Below the pieces are notes generated by a model, which was not told the origin of the DNA, did not search any database, and was given only the letters and a program-made list of their open reading frames with translations. A stretch of DNA of 64,000 nt from Candidatus Parcubacteria bacterium (GTDB lineage Bacteria; Patescibacteriota; Minisyncoccia; JAHIHE01; JAGLIN01), in NCBI GenBank assembly GCA_023132875.1, contig JAGLXN010000017.1, forward strand, positions 22,142 through 86,141, read 5' to 3'. The stretch's first letter is position 1. Each line of letters opens with the position of its first letter. Both the position numbers and the translations under genes were made by a program. Shown one piece after another: positions 50,534 through 61,050 of this stretch.

Positions 50534-53047
50534 TTATAAATTTTGTTTTCTAATGTTGCTCTGAACTGTTGGCTTTACCCTAACCTCCGATCTTTCCAAT
50601 ATCTCCCTCTCTATAATTTCTCTATTTTTGCCAAATTTCAGAGTTGAAAGCTGTTTTATGGCTTCTGCAACTTCCGCGCTTCCTTTTTGCGGCGGATAGG
50701 TTGCCATATTAAATCCTTGGCTTATTGTGCCTCTTATCATCATCTTAATATAAGCGTTAAAATTATCAATATTTATCAGATCCTGTTCGTTAAAAACAGG
50801 CTTGAATTGTTTTGCCATAAACTCAGCGTCTTCCGGTCCAATTCGAAAAGAAATCATTGTTCCAACATTTCCAAATACAGATTTTTGTATTTCTTCAGGA
50901 AGCTGTCCCAAGAACTGATGAGCAATATTCAGCGATAGCCTGTATTTTCTCGCTTCTGAAAGAATTGTTGAGATGCTGTCAGTCGTGAAATTCTGAAATT
51001 CGTCAATATAGAAATAAAAATCTTTTCTTTCTTCCTGAGGCATATCAGTTCTACTGAGCGATGCGACTAAAATTTTTCCAACTATCACAAGACCAAGCAA
51101 ATAGGCGTTCATTTCTCCGATCTTTCCTTTTGAAAGATTGACAAGCAGAATTTTTTTGTTATCCATAATTTCCCTGAAATTGATAGAGCTTTTCTGCTGT
51201 CCGATAATAGGACGCATCGTATCATTAGAAATAAATTGTGTCAGCTTGCTTGTTATATAAGGAACCATATTAGCCAGCGCGGCTTCTCCTCCAGCCTTTT
51301 GAGCTTCTTTTTCCCAGAAATTTTTCACGGTAAAGTTTTCACATTTTGACAATTTGTATTTTCTAAATTCTTCATCGGCAAGCACTTTTGAAATTTCAAT
51401 TAAAGTCGAGCCTGACGCTGGATCATCCATAATTAAAAGCATCGCATTTCTCATATATTGCTCAAACATAGGACCGCCTGTTGCTTTTAAGTCATAAAGC
51501 TTGTCAAATATCTTTATCATTTCATTTATAACGAAAGTTTTTTGTTCCGGATAATTTTCATCATATTCAAGAAGATTTAATCCCATTGGTTTTTGAACAT
51601 TTGACGGATCAAACAGGACCACGTCTTCGGCACGCTCTTTCGGCACGCAGCCTAAAGCGTCTTCCACAAGATCGCCATGCGGATCAATAACGCAGAGCCC
51701 TTCTCCATTTTGTATATCCTGCCTTATTAACTCTCCTAAAAATCCAGATTTACCCGTTCCAGTTTGTCCAATTATATACATATGCCTTCTGCGGTCTTCT
51801 TTCTCTATTTTAATTATTCTATCTTCTCCTCTATGCGTATTATGCCCCAAAATTAAGCCTTCATTTGGAATATCAGAAGGCGCGGAAGCTTGTTTTGCTT
51901 TCAGCCATTTTACTTGCGGAGTAGCGGTCGTAGAAATTGGAAAATGAAACAAACTTGCCAGTTCCTCCGTATTTAAAATTATTTTTCTTTTCTTTTCAAA
52001 ATTTCTAAATATAAAATTATATATGGTTCTGTTTAAAAACCCCGCTTTATTTAAAAATGTTTCTTTAACATTTAGCGAATTAGAATCCGGCAAATTAAAC
52101 TGAGAAAAAGAATTTTCAAGCTCTTTTAACAGAGTTTCGGCTTTTTCTTTTGTTCCAGCTGAAGTAACAAGGCGCACATTGATTTCAAAGCCAATTTTGG
52201 TTGATTTTGCCTCTACCGCTTTCATAACTTCTTCCTGCGATGGCGTTAAATTTACTTTTACCTCCTCTTTTTGCTGATCTTCCGCTGATTTTCCTCCCGC
52301 GCTTATTATTCCTATAAATTCTTTTAATACTTTAACTGGCAAAGAAGGTTTTCCCTGTTCGCCGAATCCTTTGCCTTTTTGCATTAGTTTCATTCTTTCT
52401 TTACTCTCGCTCTGCCAAGAATTGCCGGATGGTTTTATCACAAATTGGAGAGCCGCTCCTTCTCCGATTGGAATCTTGCTAAGCGCGTTTGTCATGCTTG
52501 AAAGCGGATCGGCTTCAAGATGCTGATATGTTTTTATCGGAAAAATGTCATTTCTTTTTAGCATCATATATGAAGCCGCTGATCCTCCATCTGGCACAAA
52601 AATATTATAGTCTTCTATCTGCGTTATTTCCGCGTCGGCATAAAAACTGTGAATTTGTTTTTCTATGATAGATTGAAATTTTTTTGGAACCGAAACATAG
52701 AAAAATATCTCATTGCTGTCAATCGGAGTGGCAATTTCAAAAGACAAATAAAATGGACCATAAATGATTTTCTTAAGCATTTCTTCCCTGATATTGCTCA
52801 AGCTCGCGAAAAGCTGCTCCATTACGGAAATATTCTCTTTTTCTTTTTCGCTTTTATTTTGCGGCTGATCTTCTATTATTCTTGGAACAGAGACTTGCAA
52901 CACGATCATATTAAGAGATCTTGTGATTTTTCCAGTGCTAGAAAGCCTCATTTTTACATAAATAAACACAACTATAAAAATGACCAGTGCGATTGCAAGA
53001 TCTAAAAGACCAATTTCGATTATATAATTGCTTATAAATAGTTCCAT
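50534..53047 (-). CDS. VirD4/TraD-like (type IV coupling / HerA-FtsK superfamily) ATPase, CPR type
   Basis: N-terminal TM, RRRHMYIIGQTGTGKS Walker A, IDPHGDL, FYIDEFQ Walker B, SEARKY. Confidence 0.88.
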   Translation of the reverse strand: MELFISNYIIEIGLLDLAIALVIFIVVFIYVKMRLSSTGKITRSLNMIVLQVSVPRIIEDQPQNKSEKEKENISVMEQLFASLSNIREEMLKKIIYGPFYLSFEIATPIDSNEIFFYVSVPKKFQSIIEKQIHSFYADAEITQIEDYNIFVPDGGSAASYMMLKRNDIFPIKTYQHLEADPLSSMTNALSKIPIGEGAALQFVIKPSGNSWQSESKERMKLMQKGKGFGEQGKPSLPVKVLKEFIGIISAGGKSAEDQQKEEVKVNLTPSQEEVMKAVEAKSTKIGFEINVRLVTSAGTKEKAETLLKELENSFSQFNLPDSNSLNVKETFLNKAGFLNRTIYNFIFRNFEKKRKIILNTEELASLFHFPISTTATPQVKWLKAKQASAPSDIPNEGLILGHNTHRGEDRIIKIEKEDRRRHMYIIGQTGTGKSGFLGELIRQDIQNGEGLCVIDPHGDLVEDALGCVPKERAEDVVLFDPSNVQKPMGLNLLEYDENYPEQKTFVINEMIKIFDKLYDLKATGGPMFEQYMRNAMLLIMDDPASGSTLIEISKVLADEEFRKYKLSKCENFTVKNFWEKEAQKAGGEAALANMVPYITSKLTQFISNDTMRPIIGQQKSSINFREIMDNKKILLVNLSKGKIGEMNAYLLGLVIVGKILVASLSRTDMPQEERKDFYFYIDEFQNFTTDSISTILSEARKYRLSLNIAHQFLGQLPEEIQKSVFGNVGTMISFRIGPEDAEFMAKQFKPVFNEQDLINIDNFNAYIKMMIRGTISQGFNMATYPPQKGSAEVAEAIKQLSTLKFGKNREIIEREILERSEVRVKPTVQSNIRKQNL

Positions 53048-53169
53048 AATAAATTAATTTTATAATTTTTAAATTTTTAAATTTTTAAAATAAATCTTAA
53101 TTTTTAATTTTTAAACACGAAATTAAAATGTTTATTAAATTAAGTAACAGATTAGATATAGCAATTTAA

Positions 53170-53220
53170 AGATCTTGAACTAAATTCAGAGCCTGTCCTG
53201 AATTCAGTTCAGGAATGACG
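53170..53220. repeat. GTCA/TGAC-type REP with nested second palindrome
   Basis: agatcttgaactaaattcag[agcctgtcctgaattcagttcagg]aatgacg. Confidence 0.6.
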
Positions 53221-53293
53221 GATGCTTCGCATCTCGTAATTAAAAATTTAGTCATTAAAAATTATTTAAAAATTATAAAATTTAAAAATTCTA

Positions 53294-53728
53294 TCATATA
53301 TCTTTCAGCTTCCCTTTTTTCACAAGCTCCTCATGAAGTTCCCCTATCAGCCTGTCATGCAGTTCATCCAAAAGATAAGCGTCATTTAAGCTTCTCGCGA
53401 CTTTTATGCTATGGCTTATACCTTTTTCAAACGCTAAAACCGCGAGTTTTTTCACTTGTCCCGCTGTATCTAAGTTTTTTAATTCTTCTATATCCTTTTT
53501 AAAATTCTTTTTATCTTCTTTATCAGCAACTATTGTTTGCGCCTGTGTAGAGCTTGGAACTGTCGGCAAAGATTGCTCTTGGATATTCTCTTTTGTTATT
53601 TCCGCCTCTTTTATTTCAATCCCAGAACCTTCCGCTTCAATTCCAAGAGCCGCCTTTTTCTTAGAAAGTTCTTTCTCTAATTTTTCAATTTCTTGAATAT
53701 TAGGATTTTCATTATTTATTTCAGACAT
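53294..53728 (-). CDS. hypothetical protein
   Basis: Acidic N-terminus; ordered C-terminus LAFEKGI..AYLLDELHDRL. Confidence 0.75.
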   Translation of the reverse strand: MSEINNENPNIQEIEKLEKELSKKKAALGIEAEGSGIEIKEAEITKENIQEQSLPTVPSSTQAQTIVADKEDKKNFKKDIEELKNLDTAGQVKKLAVLAFEKGISHSIKVARSLNDAYLLDELHDRLIGELHEELVKKGKLKDI

Positions 53729-53763
53729 AGTTTTAAAAGTTTAAAGTTTATAAAGTTCATAAT

Positions 53764-54918
53764 TTATTTGCTTTCCTGACCATATTTATAATCCGAAAAA
53801 AACCACGCCCAATCTGGGACTTTCCCAGTTCCGGTAATCCAAGCCATAAAACCGTCTCTTTTTTTTTCATCTATCAAAGTATATCCAGCCATAAGACATC
53901 CTATTATCGCGGCTGATTTGACGGCGCCGGCAAGTTTAAGCATAATTCCGGTTTCCGCTATCACTTCAGCGGCTGGTGCCGCCAAAGAAACAAATCCTAC
54001 CGCCAAGGCAATGAGAGTCGCGTATTTCAATAATTCCGGATGGTCTTTAAGAAATTTAAGAAATTTTTCAAGCAAATCGCCTTCTTCTTCGCCAAGCCTT
54101 TCTAGTCCCTTATCAAAAAACAAAGCTGCCTTTTCAAGATTTTCAATTTCCACAATGCAGTAAGCATGATTCTCAAGCAGTTTATCGGGATTATCAAGCT
54201 TAGCTTCTATATATTCAAGTTTTCTAAGATCTATTTCATTTTTAATGACTGTCGAAAGAGATCCGAGAATTCCCATTAATTCTTCTTTTTCGTCTTTTTC
54301 AAGTAGATTGCAGACTTCGTTCTGACTCAAAAGATTTTTAAATTTTTCTTCCATATCTTTATATTTTTCAGTGCTTTCCTTAACAGCCTTTTTAATTTCT
54401 TTTTTCTTTTTCGCAACCTCAATCCTTGATTCTTCAATCTCTCTTTTTCCTTTTTTGAATTCAAACCTTTCTTTAAATTCAAGATCTTTCTCTTCAATGG
54501 CATCTTCTTTTTTTTCATCATCTTTCGTCTCCCACTCAGCAATTCTCCTATTATTCTTTATATCTTTCTCTACCGCCATCCCAATTTCTTCCACTATTTT
54601 TTCTTCCTTAGACGTTAATTTCTCTTTGTTATCTCCCATCATCTTACTGAGTATTTCTTTATGATCTTCTTCCGATATTTCTGTTTCAAAATCAGACAGA
54701 TTTTCCTCGCTGTCTCTAACGTTTTTTCTTCCTTCTTTTATGATTTCATCAGCTTTAGGATTACCCTGTTCTTCTTCTAAAATTTCTTCAATATTTTTTT
54801 GACTTTCATTTACATTGCATGAATCAGATTTAATTTGAGTTTCTATATCTTCAGCTGTTTGATTTTCCGCGCCTTGCTCTGATGCTGTTTCTAACAGTTT
54901 TTTATCTGGATTTTTCAT
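53764..54918 (-). CDS. hypothetical coiled-coil protein with C-terminal hydrophobic hairpin
   Basis: E/K-rich body, then two Ala/Gly-rich hydrophobic segments. Confidence 0.75.
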   Translation of the reverse strand: MKNPDKKLLETASEQGAENQTAEDIETQIKSDSCNVNESQKNIEEILEEEQGNPKADEIIKEGRKNVRDSEENLSDFETEISEEDHKEILSKMMGDNKEKLTSKEEKIVEEIGMAVEKDIKNNRRIAEWETKDDEKKEDAIEEKDLEFKERFEFKKGKREIEESRIEVAKKKKEIKKAVKESTEKYKDMEEKFKNLLSQNEVCNLLEKDEKEELMGILGSLSTVIKNEIDLRKLEYIEAKLDNPDKLLENHAYCIVEIENLEKAALFFDKGLERLGEEEGDLLEKFLKFLKDHPELLKYATLIALAVGFVSLAAPAAEVIAETGIMLKLAGAVKSAAIIGCLMAGYTLIDEKKRDGFMAWITGTGKVPDWAWFFSDYKYGQESK

Positions 54919-54927
54919 AGTTTTATA

Positions 54928-55122
54928 TTAAAATTTTTTAATTTTATCTCTCGCTTCTTTTATCTTTTTTTTATTAATCAGATTTATCGCTCTTTCAATT
55001 AATTTTGACTGTTTTCTGATTAAAACAAGCATTTTAGAGTGAAATTCATTAAACAGCTTATTCAGCTTTTCATTTTTCCTCTTATCACTGTCTGATTTAT
55101 TGTCCATTTTGATATAATTCAA
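54928..55122 (-). CDS. small basic hypothetical protein
   Basis: Tightly packed in the operon. Confidence 0.6.
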   Translation of the reverse strand: MNYIKMDNKSDSDKRKNEKLNKLFNEFHSKMLVLIRKQSKLIERAINLINKKKIKEARDKIKKF

Positions 55123-55128
55123 AGTTTT

Positions 55129-55440
55129 TTATGCTTCAATTTTTAATTTGATATCTAATAATTCGTCCTTGGTTATTTTTACTTCTTCGTCAAAGATTTT
55201 CTTTGCGTCAGGATTTTTCGCAATCAAAAATTCTTCCATTTTTTCAAGATCGTTTTTAGAAACCGCCTCAAACTCCGTGATTTCCTCCTCGCTGAAGTTT
55301 TCCATAATTTTCGCTCCGGCTCTCTCACTTATAAGCTCCAATACTTTTGTCAAAACTTCATTTTTATTTTCTTCCGGCATTGAATCCAAATTAAGAGATT
55401 CAATCAGATATTTTGTTGTTTTTTCATCAATTAGTTTCAT
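55129..55440 (-). CDS. small acidic helical protein (DUF5663-like)
   Basis: L.LDSMPEE.K.EVL...; FL..K.PD...IF.EE pattern. Confidence 0.6.
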   Translation of the reverse strand: MKLIDEKTTKYLIESLNLDSMPEENKNEVLTKVLELISERAGAKIMENFSEEEITEFEAVSKNDLEKMEEFLIAKNPDAKKIFDEEVKITKDELLDIKLKIEA

Positions 55441-55464
55441 ATATGCAATTTATATTATTAGAAA

Positions 55465-58400
55465 TTATTTTTTCGTTTTCACATCTTCAATAATATTTTT
55501 TAGATCAATTATTGATAAATCTTTGTCTTTATTTAAAATATTTTCTATTATCTGTCTATGTTTTTCGTTATTAATTTTATCTTTAATTTCAACAACTTTT
55601 AGTAATTTTTGATTATCTGACGAAACTTTGTTTAATTTCAATTCTAATATTTTTATAATTTTGTCAAGATCTTTTGTTTTTACACCATTTGATAAAAGTA
55701 TTCTTGATATTTCTAATTTTTTTGCAGTTTCAATTTCAACTTGATTATCTTCTGTCTCATCATTTTGATCTGAATCAAGATTATCTCTATAAGTTTTTAA
55801 TTCATCATAAATTTCTTTTACCTCTTTAACTGCCAGATCTTTAATTCCTTCTTTTTCTAATAATTCTTTTAATTTTTTATTATTAATACTGTCTTCCATG
55901 CCATTCTTAATAAGTTTACCAATTTTTTCGCCCTCATTAACAAAACTTGCAAAACCAACCAACGCGCCTAATTCTTGAACTGCTTTTTCGTCATTTTTTA
56001 GTTGTTCTATTATTTCTATCTTAAATTTATTAGAATCGCTATCTTGCTGTTCGTTAGTTTGATTTTCATTAGTTCTTATAGATTCTCCTTTATCTCTAAT
56101 CTTCTCTTTAAAGATATCTTCAACTTTACTGAGCATTTTATTTAGATATTCTTTTGGATTATTCAGATCATCAGGAAGTTTTTCAATTTTTATTCTTGAT
56201 TTTTCAAAAAATAATTCAATATTTCTACGCTTATTTTCAATATCATCTTCAGCATTTATTCTTCTAAGAACATTTTTAATATTTATTGTGTAAGCATCTT
56301 TTATTATTTCTTCGGTTTTATTGTTAAAATCAGGAGAAAGACAATGAATATCTTCTAGCACTGTTTCAAATTCATTCGCCAATCCTTGTTCTGAAATTGA
56401 ATTTAAATCTTTTCTCTTTCCTCTGCTGAACATTTCATTTACTCCAGATATTGTTTTTACTTTTTCTGCTTTTTCCTTCTTTTTAAATGGATCTTTTAAT
56501 CTTTCTCTAACAGCATTTTTAACGGCATTCCCCAATTTTCCGACAGACGGAAATGTTCTTCTTTGCTTTTTGCTTTTTTGCATCTTCATCTCTAGTCCCA
56601 TTTTCAACATTTTAGTCGCGTTTAAAAGCGCAAAGCTATCTTCGCATCGTTCTCGCGCTCCTAAAATACCTTCTTTTACGGATTTTCCGATTTCTTCTTC
56701 TAAACTGCGAACATGATCTGTAAATATAGCAGAGCTCTCATCTAACACTATTCCTATTTCCAATTCTTCAATTCTTTCTATTATTTTTCTTTCTTCGTCC
56801 GTTAAATCTTCCCACGGAATAGAAAGTATGTCTTTATTTTCTTTTCTTAATTTTTCTATTTCAATCGTCTTTCTTAAAGATTCCTTCCTGGCTTCGTTTA
56901 ATTCAAATTTTTTAGGTTCTTTGATTTTATCTTTCGCCGGTTTTTCTCCTGTTTTATCTTCTTCCGGTTTGTCTTCTTGCGATCCCTCCTTAATTTTCTT
57001 CGCGCTTATCAATAAGCCTAAATATTCTTCAAATTCTTGATATTTATCTATTTTAGAAATATCTGCACTTCTACCGTCAGCTTCTTTCTCAATATCTTCT
57101 AAATATTTTTTAATCTTTTCTATTTCCTTGTCCAATTTTTCAGGGCTCATTTGTCTAACGTCTTCTTCACTTTCAGTATTTGGAATTTTTTCAAGTATCT
57201 CTGGCTGTTCTGTTTGGACTGCTTGATTTTTTTCAACAGCAACATTAATGCCATTTTCTTTAAAATCTATATCGATATCATAATAAATTTCATTTTCATA
57301 ATATAAACAAACCAAAACAGAATCTTCGGACTTTTTATGCACATTAAATGCTTTTAAAGAATCTGGCAAATTATAATCTGAACCTATCTCCTCATAAAGA
57401 ATAGTAAGCGCAGTTTTCCAATTACTTTCTATTTTTTCTCCTTTTTCCTCGTTTAAAAAAGATCTCATTTTTTCAAGCCGTTCTCTTTCTAATTCATAAT
57501 ATTTTTCATTATTGTTTTCTGAACCTTCTAAAATTCCTTCTGCTTCTATAGACTGTACTCCGCTTCCTTTTTCTATTTTATCCAAAAGTTCGTCAAATAA
57601 TCCCATAATAATATCATTTATTCTTTTTCTGTTTTCTTTGTTATCTTCAAGCTTAAAGTCTTCAAGTATACTCTTAATATCTTCGTCAATGCTATTTTTA
57701 ACAGATTCTCTAGCTTTTTCTTTTCCCTCGTTTTCATAAACTTCTCTTAATGAACTTCCATCTTCAAATTCTTCCTCTACAGCACCTTTTATAGAGTCCT
57801 CTAAATTTTTCCAATTTTTCTCAATATCTTCTTCTTCGGTTTTTGCAATTATAGTTTTAGGTTTTTCTTGTTCTATTTCTTTAGTTTTTTCAATACTCTC
57901 AAATTTACCCTCCAATTCACTTAAAATCCCATATCCAATCACCTTGTATGATGTTAAAATTTCGTTCTTATTTTCTCTGCTTTTTATTTTGAAATTAAAA
58001 CTGTCAAGCAATTCTTTGTCTTTAGGATCCATATTTTCAATAGTAAGATCTCGAATCTTATTTTTGATTTTTTTAGTATATGATTTTTTGTCACTACTTT
58101 TTTCATATTCTTCTTTCAATATTTCATAAACATTATCTTTAAGCTCATCCCATTTTTCTTCTTCTATTTCATTTTCTGTTTCATTAATTACCGGTCTGTT
58201 TTCTGGTCCTGTTTTTTCTTCTTCTGGTTCCTGAACCGATTTTACATCTTCTGGTTCTGTTGTTTCTTCTTCTAAAGAATCTTTTTCATCAAAAATGCCG
58301 CTACTTTCTTCTAGCGCTCTAATCTCTTTTTCAATCTCTTCTATTCGTTTTCCTGTTATCTCTTTTAAACTGGGACTACCAAGTTCCTCTTTTTCTCTAC

Positions 58401-58836
58401 GCAATTTAGCAAGATCACGGTTTAATTGTTTTAATTTTTCTTCCTTTCTCTCATTTTCTATTTCCAGTTCTTGAACTGATTCTATATTTTTCGGTTCTGT
58501 TTTTTCAGTTTCTACTTCTGGTTGCTCTGTTGATTCATTTGTTGTCACGCTTTTTATATTTCCATTAGAAAACTTTTCCTTCGCCTCGTTTATTTTAATA
58601 ATTCTTTCTGTTTTTAATGTTTCTATTCCTTTCGCCCAGCCTTTTGGTGTTTTTTCTCTTAAATCATCAATTCTTTCATCATATGATTTATTAATTTCAT
58701 ATAATTCTCTATTTAGCTCCTCGGCTTGTTTCGTTTTTATTGTTTCCTTACCTGAAAATTTCTTTTGTAAATCTGAAATATCAAATGTTTTTTCTTTTTT
58801 AGTTTTTCTGGCTGTTTCAAATTGATTTCTTCCCAT
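55465..58836 (-). CDS. large acidic coiled-coil hypothetical protein (1123 aa)
   Basis: Uninterrupted E/K-rich ORF, no signal peptide or TM seen. Confidence 0.8.
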   Translation of the reverse strand: MGRNQFETARKTKKEKTFDISDLQKKFSGKETIKTKQAEELNRELYEINKSYDERIDDLREKTPKGWAKGIETLKTERIIKINEAKEKFSNGNIKSVTTNESTEQPEVETEKTEPKNIESVQELEIENERKEEKLKQLNRDLAKLRREKEELGSPSLKEITGKRIEEIEKEIRALEESSGIFDEKDSLEEETTEPEDVKSVQEPEEEKTGPENRPVINETENEIEEEKWDELKDNVYEILKEEYEKSSDKKSYTKKIKNKIRDLTIENMDPKDKELLDSFNFKIKSRENKNEILTSYKVIGYGILSELEGKFESIEKTKEIEQEKPKTIIAKTEEEDIEKNWKNLEDSIKGAVEEEFEDGSSLREVYENEGKEKARESVKNSIDEDIKSILEDFKLEDNKENRKRINDIIMGLFDELLDKIEKGSGVQSIEAEGILEGSENNNEKYYELERERLEKMRSFLNEEKGEKIESNWKTALTILYEEIGSDYNLPDSLKAFNVHKKSEDSVLVCLYYENEIYYDIDIDFKENGINVAVEKNQAVQTEQPEILEKIPNTESEEDVRQMSPEKLDKEIEKIKKYLEDIEKEADGRSADISKIDKYQEFEEYLGLLISAKKIKEGSQEDKPEEDKTGEKPAKDKIKEPKKFELNEARKESLRKTIEIEKLRKENKDILSIPWEDLTDEERKIIERIEELEIGIVLDESSAIFTDHVRSLEEEIGKSVKEGILGARERCEDSFALLNATKMLKMGLEMKMQKSKKQRRTFPSVGKLGNAVKNAVRERLKDPFKKKEKAEKVKTISGVNEMFSRGKRKDLNSISEQGLANEFETVLEDIHCLSPDFNNKTEEIIKDAYTINIKNVLRRINAEDDIENKRRNIELFFEKSRIKIEKLPDDLNNPKEYLNKMLSKVEDIFKEKIRDKGESIRTNENQTNEQQDSDSNKFKIEIIEQLKNDEKAVQELGALVGFASFVNEGEKIGKLIKNGMEDSINNKKLKELLEKEGIKDLAVKEVKEIYDELKTYRDNLDSDQNDETEDNQVEIETAKKLEISRILLSNGVKTKDLDKIIKILELKLNKVSSDNQKLLKVVEIKDKINNEKHRQIIENILNKDKDLSIIDLKNIIEDVKTKK

Positions 58837-58984
58837 ATTTTTAACTTAAACTAATAAAATTTTATTTAAAATAAACCTCTTAATTTCTAACCCGCGTAAA
58901 CACTAAAGAATATCACAATTTTACAAAAATGTCAATACTTGAAATTATTAACAATTTAACAATACAACAATGAAACAATGCAAT

Positions 58985-60007
58985 TCAAACCACCCCAAAT
59001 ATCTTAGTCAGAAACAGAATATAAAGTACAAGATACATCATTCCTTCCCAATTATATATCTTTCTTGAGATGCCGGAAAATATATATAGAATCGTGGCGG
59101 CAATCAAAAATGGAATTCCTATGTAGAAAGTTGTGTCATCAACGTTAAGATCTGCTATAATCGCGGGAACGCCAACAACCATTAAAGCGTTAAAAATATT
59201 TGAGCCAAAAACATTTCCAAGAGCGATCTCGTATTTTTTCTTCATTGCCGCTCTGACAGAAACAACAAGTTCAGGAAGAGACGTTCCAATCGCCACAGCG
59301 CTCATAGCAATAACGGCTGTTCCAATATTTAAATTGTCAGCGATATTAATTAAAGATTCTACGGTATATTTTGCGCCGATATATATGAAAAAGGCGCTTC
59401 CTATTAAAGTAATAAAAACCCCAAGTTCTACTTTCGGCTTATAATTCCACAGTTTTTTTAAAAATCTAATTCTGCTTGCTTTTGTTGGAGGGAATATAAA
59501 TTCTTCATGGTTTTTACTAATTTCAGCTTCTTTGTGGTTTATTATAGATCTTTCTTTTCTTGAAGAAATAATATAAAAAAAATATATTCCATATGTCAAC
59601 AATAAAATAAAACCTTCAATTGAACTGACCTTTTTATCCATCAACACAAAAAATAAAATGGCTGTTGCGGTGGCGAGAAGAGGAAGATCAAGATTGATCA
59701 AGCTTCGTTTTATGCTCATTTTTCTTGCGACCACAGAAGCAACTCCAATAACAAGCAAAATATTCGCGATATTAGACCCGACAGCATTCGCAGTCACAAT
59801 TTCAGTCTGTCCCTCAAAAACCGCGATTATTGATGTCGCGAGCTCAGGAAGAGATGTTCCTATGCTAACAATCGCAACTCCAATAATAAAGGGAGAAATC
59901 TTCATTGATAAACCAATTTTCTCGCTGCTTTCCGTAAAAAAATCAGCTGACTTTATTAAAATTATCAAACTTACAATAAATACCGCTATCCAAAATAATA
60001 GATACAT
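58985..60007 (-). CDS. calcium/sodium antiporter (YrbG family)
   Basis: Two GTSLPEL and GSNI alpha-repeat motifs, about 10 TM. Confidence 0.92.
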   Translation of the reverse strand: MYLLFWIAVFIVSLIILIKSADFFTESSEKIGLSMKISPFIIGVAIVSIGTSLPELATSIIAVFEGQTEIVTANAVGSNIANILLVIGVASVVARKMSIKRSLINLDLPLLATATAILFFVLMDKKVSSIEGFILLLTYGIYFFYIISSRKERSIINHKEAEISKNHEEFIFPPTKASRIRFLKKLWNYKPKVELGVFITLIGSAFFIYIGAKYTVESLINIADNLNIGTAVIAMSAVAIGTSLPELVVSVRAAMKKKYEIALGNVFGSNIFNALMVVGVPAIIADLNVDDTTFYIGIPFLIAATILYIFSGISRKIYNWEGMMYLVLYILFLTKIFGVV

Positions 60008-60045
60008 AGTTTGTTTGGTTTATAAAATTTGTTATCAATATTAAA

Positions 60046-60729
60046 TCAAAGAGATCTGTCAGTTTTGCTTGCTGAAGGCGAAGGTGTGTTTCTTAAATCT
60101 GATCCTTTGCTTTTGTACTTATATGGATTACTTTGTCCTGTTATCCCTCTTTTAAGCTTATCAATATCTCTTTTTCCAAATTCTTTTCTCATTTTTTTTA
60201 TGTCAATTCCTTCTTCTGTTACTTTTTTAAATTTAGTTCCTGTAAATCTTTTACTTTTAAATCTTCTTGTAAATTCATCAAAATCCTTCTTTTTTAAAAC
60301 TGACTTTGTCGGATTATAAGCCTTTACGGCTCTTAAGAAGTCCATTTTTTTCTTCAAAGAAACTCCGTGCACTTTATGTAAGGCTTTTTCCATCTTCTTT
60401 GTTCCGCTTAAGCCAAAATCATTAAGCCTGTTATGCCTGAAAACTTTTAATTTATGATCATAGGTTTTTTTCTTTACCATGATTAGCTGGCCGCCTATCA
60501 TTTTTTGTTCTTGTTCGCTTTCTTTCTCCGGCTTTTTTTCTTTTTCCCTATCTTTTCTTGATCTCTCTACTGCTTCTTTTTTTCTTTCTTCATATTCTTC
60601 CCTCTCTTTTTCTAATCTATCTATTTCTTTTTGAAATTCTTTATTTTCCCTGTCCATTTTATTACTATTTTCTTCCTGACTTTCTATTCCACTATCGCTT
60701 TGTTCATTTTTTTTATCATCATCATCCAT
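60046..60729 (-). CDS. hypothetical protein (acidic N-terminus, basic C-terminus)
   Basis: 227-aa ORF with upstream promoter-like sequence. Confidence 0.7.
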   Translation of the reverse strand: MDDDDKKNEQSDSGIESQEENSNKMDRENKEFQKEIDRLEKEREEYEERKKEAVERSRKDREKEKKPEKESEQEQKMIGGQLIMVKKKTYDHKLKVFRHNRLNDFGLSGTKKMEKALHKVHGVSLKKKMDFLRAVKAYNPTKSVLKKKDFDEFTRRFKSKRFTGTKFKKVTEEGIDIKKMRKEFGKRDIDKLKRGITGQSNPYKYKSKGSDLRNTPSPSASKTDRSL

Positions 60730-60856
60730 ATTTTTAATCTAAGCTATATTTAAGGCTAATTTCTATTAAATTATACCATTTATGGAGAAAAACGGCAATA
60801 GCAAATCATATAAACATTTGAACATATCTGAATGATAACTCATTGTTCCAAAGAAT

Positions 60857-61032
60857 TGTCATTCTGAACTCGTTTCAGAATCTTTCTGTTGCTACATTGA
60901 ACAATCCTATAAAGCATCAAACGCTTTACTAAATTGAAAATACAATAATTGTAATATGATTCTTGGCGTTGTTGCAAATAGGATAAATTATACCTAACAG
61001 AAAATAGATTCTGAAACAAGTTCAGAATGACA
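60857..61032. repeat. REPIN-like inverted pair of GTCA/TGAC REPs
   Basis: tgtcattctgaactcgtttcagaatct ... agattctgaaacaagttcagaatgaca; related copies at 13629, 32708, 53170. Confidence 0.85.
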
Positions 61033-61050
61033 AAGCTAAATTAATTCATC

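Noticed and set aside
50038..58836. ICE integrated at tRNA-Gly
   Set aside because: The cluster lies 5' of the tRNA, and no integrase, relaxase or att duplication was seen.
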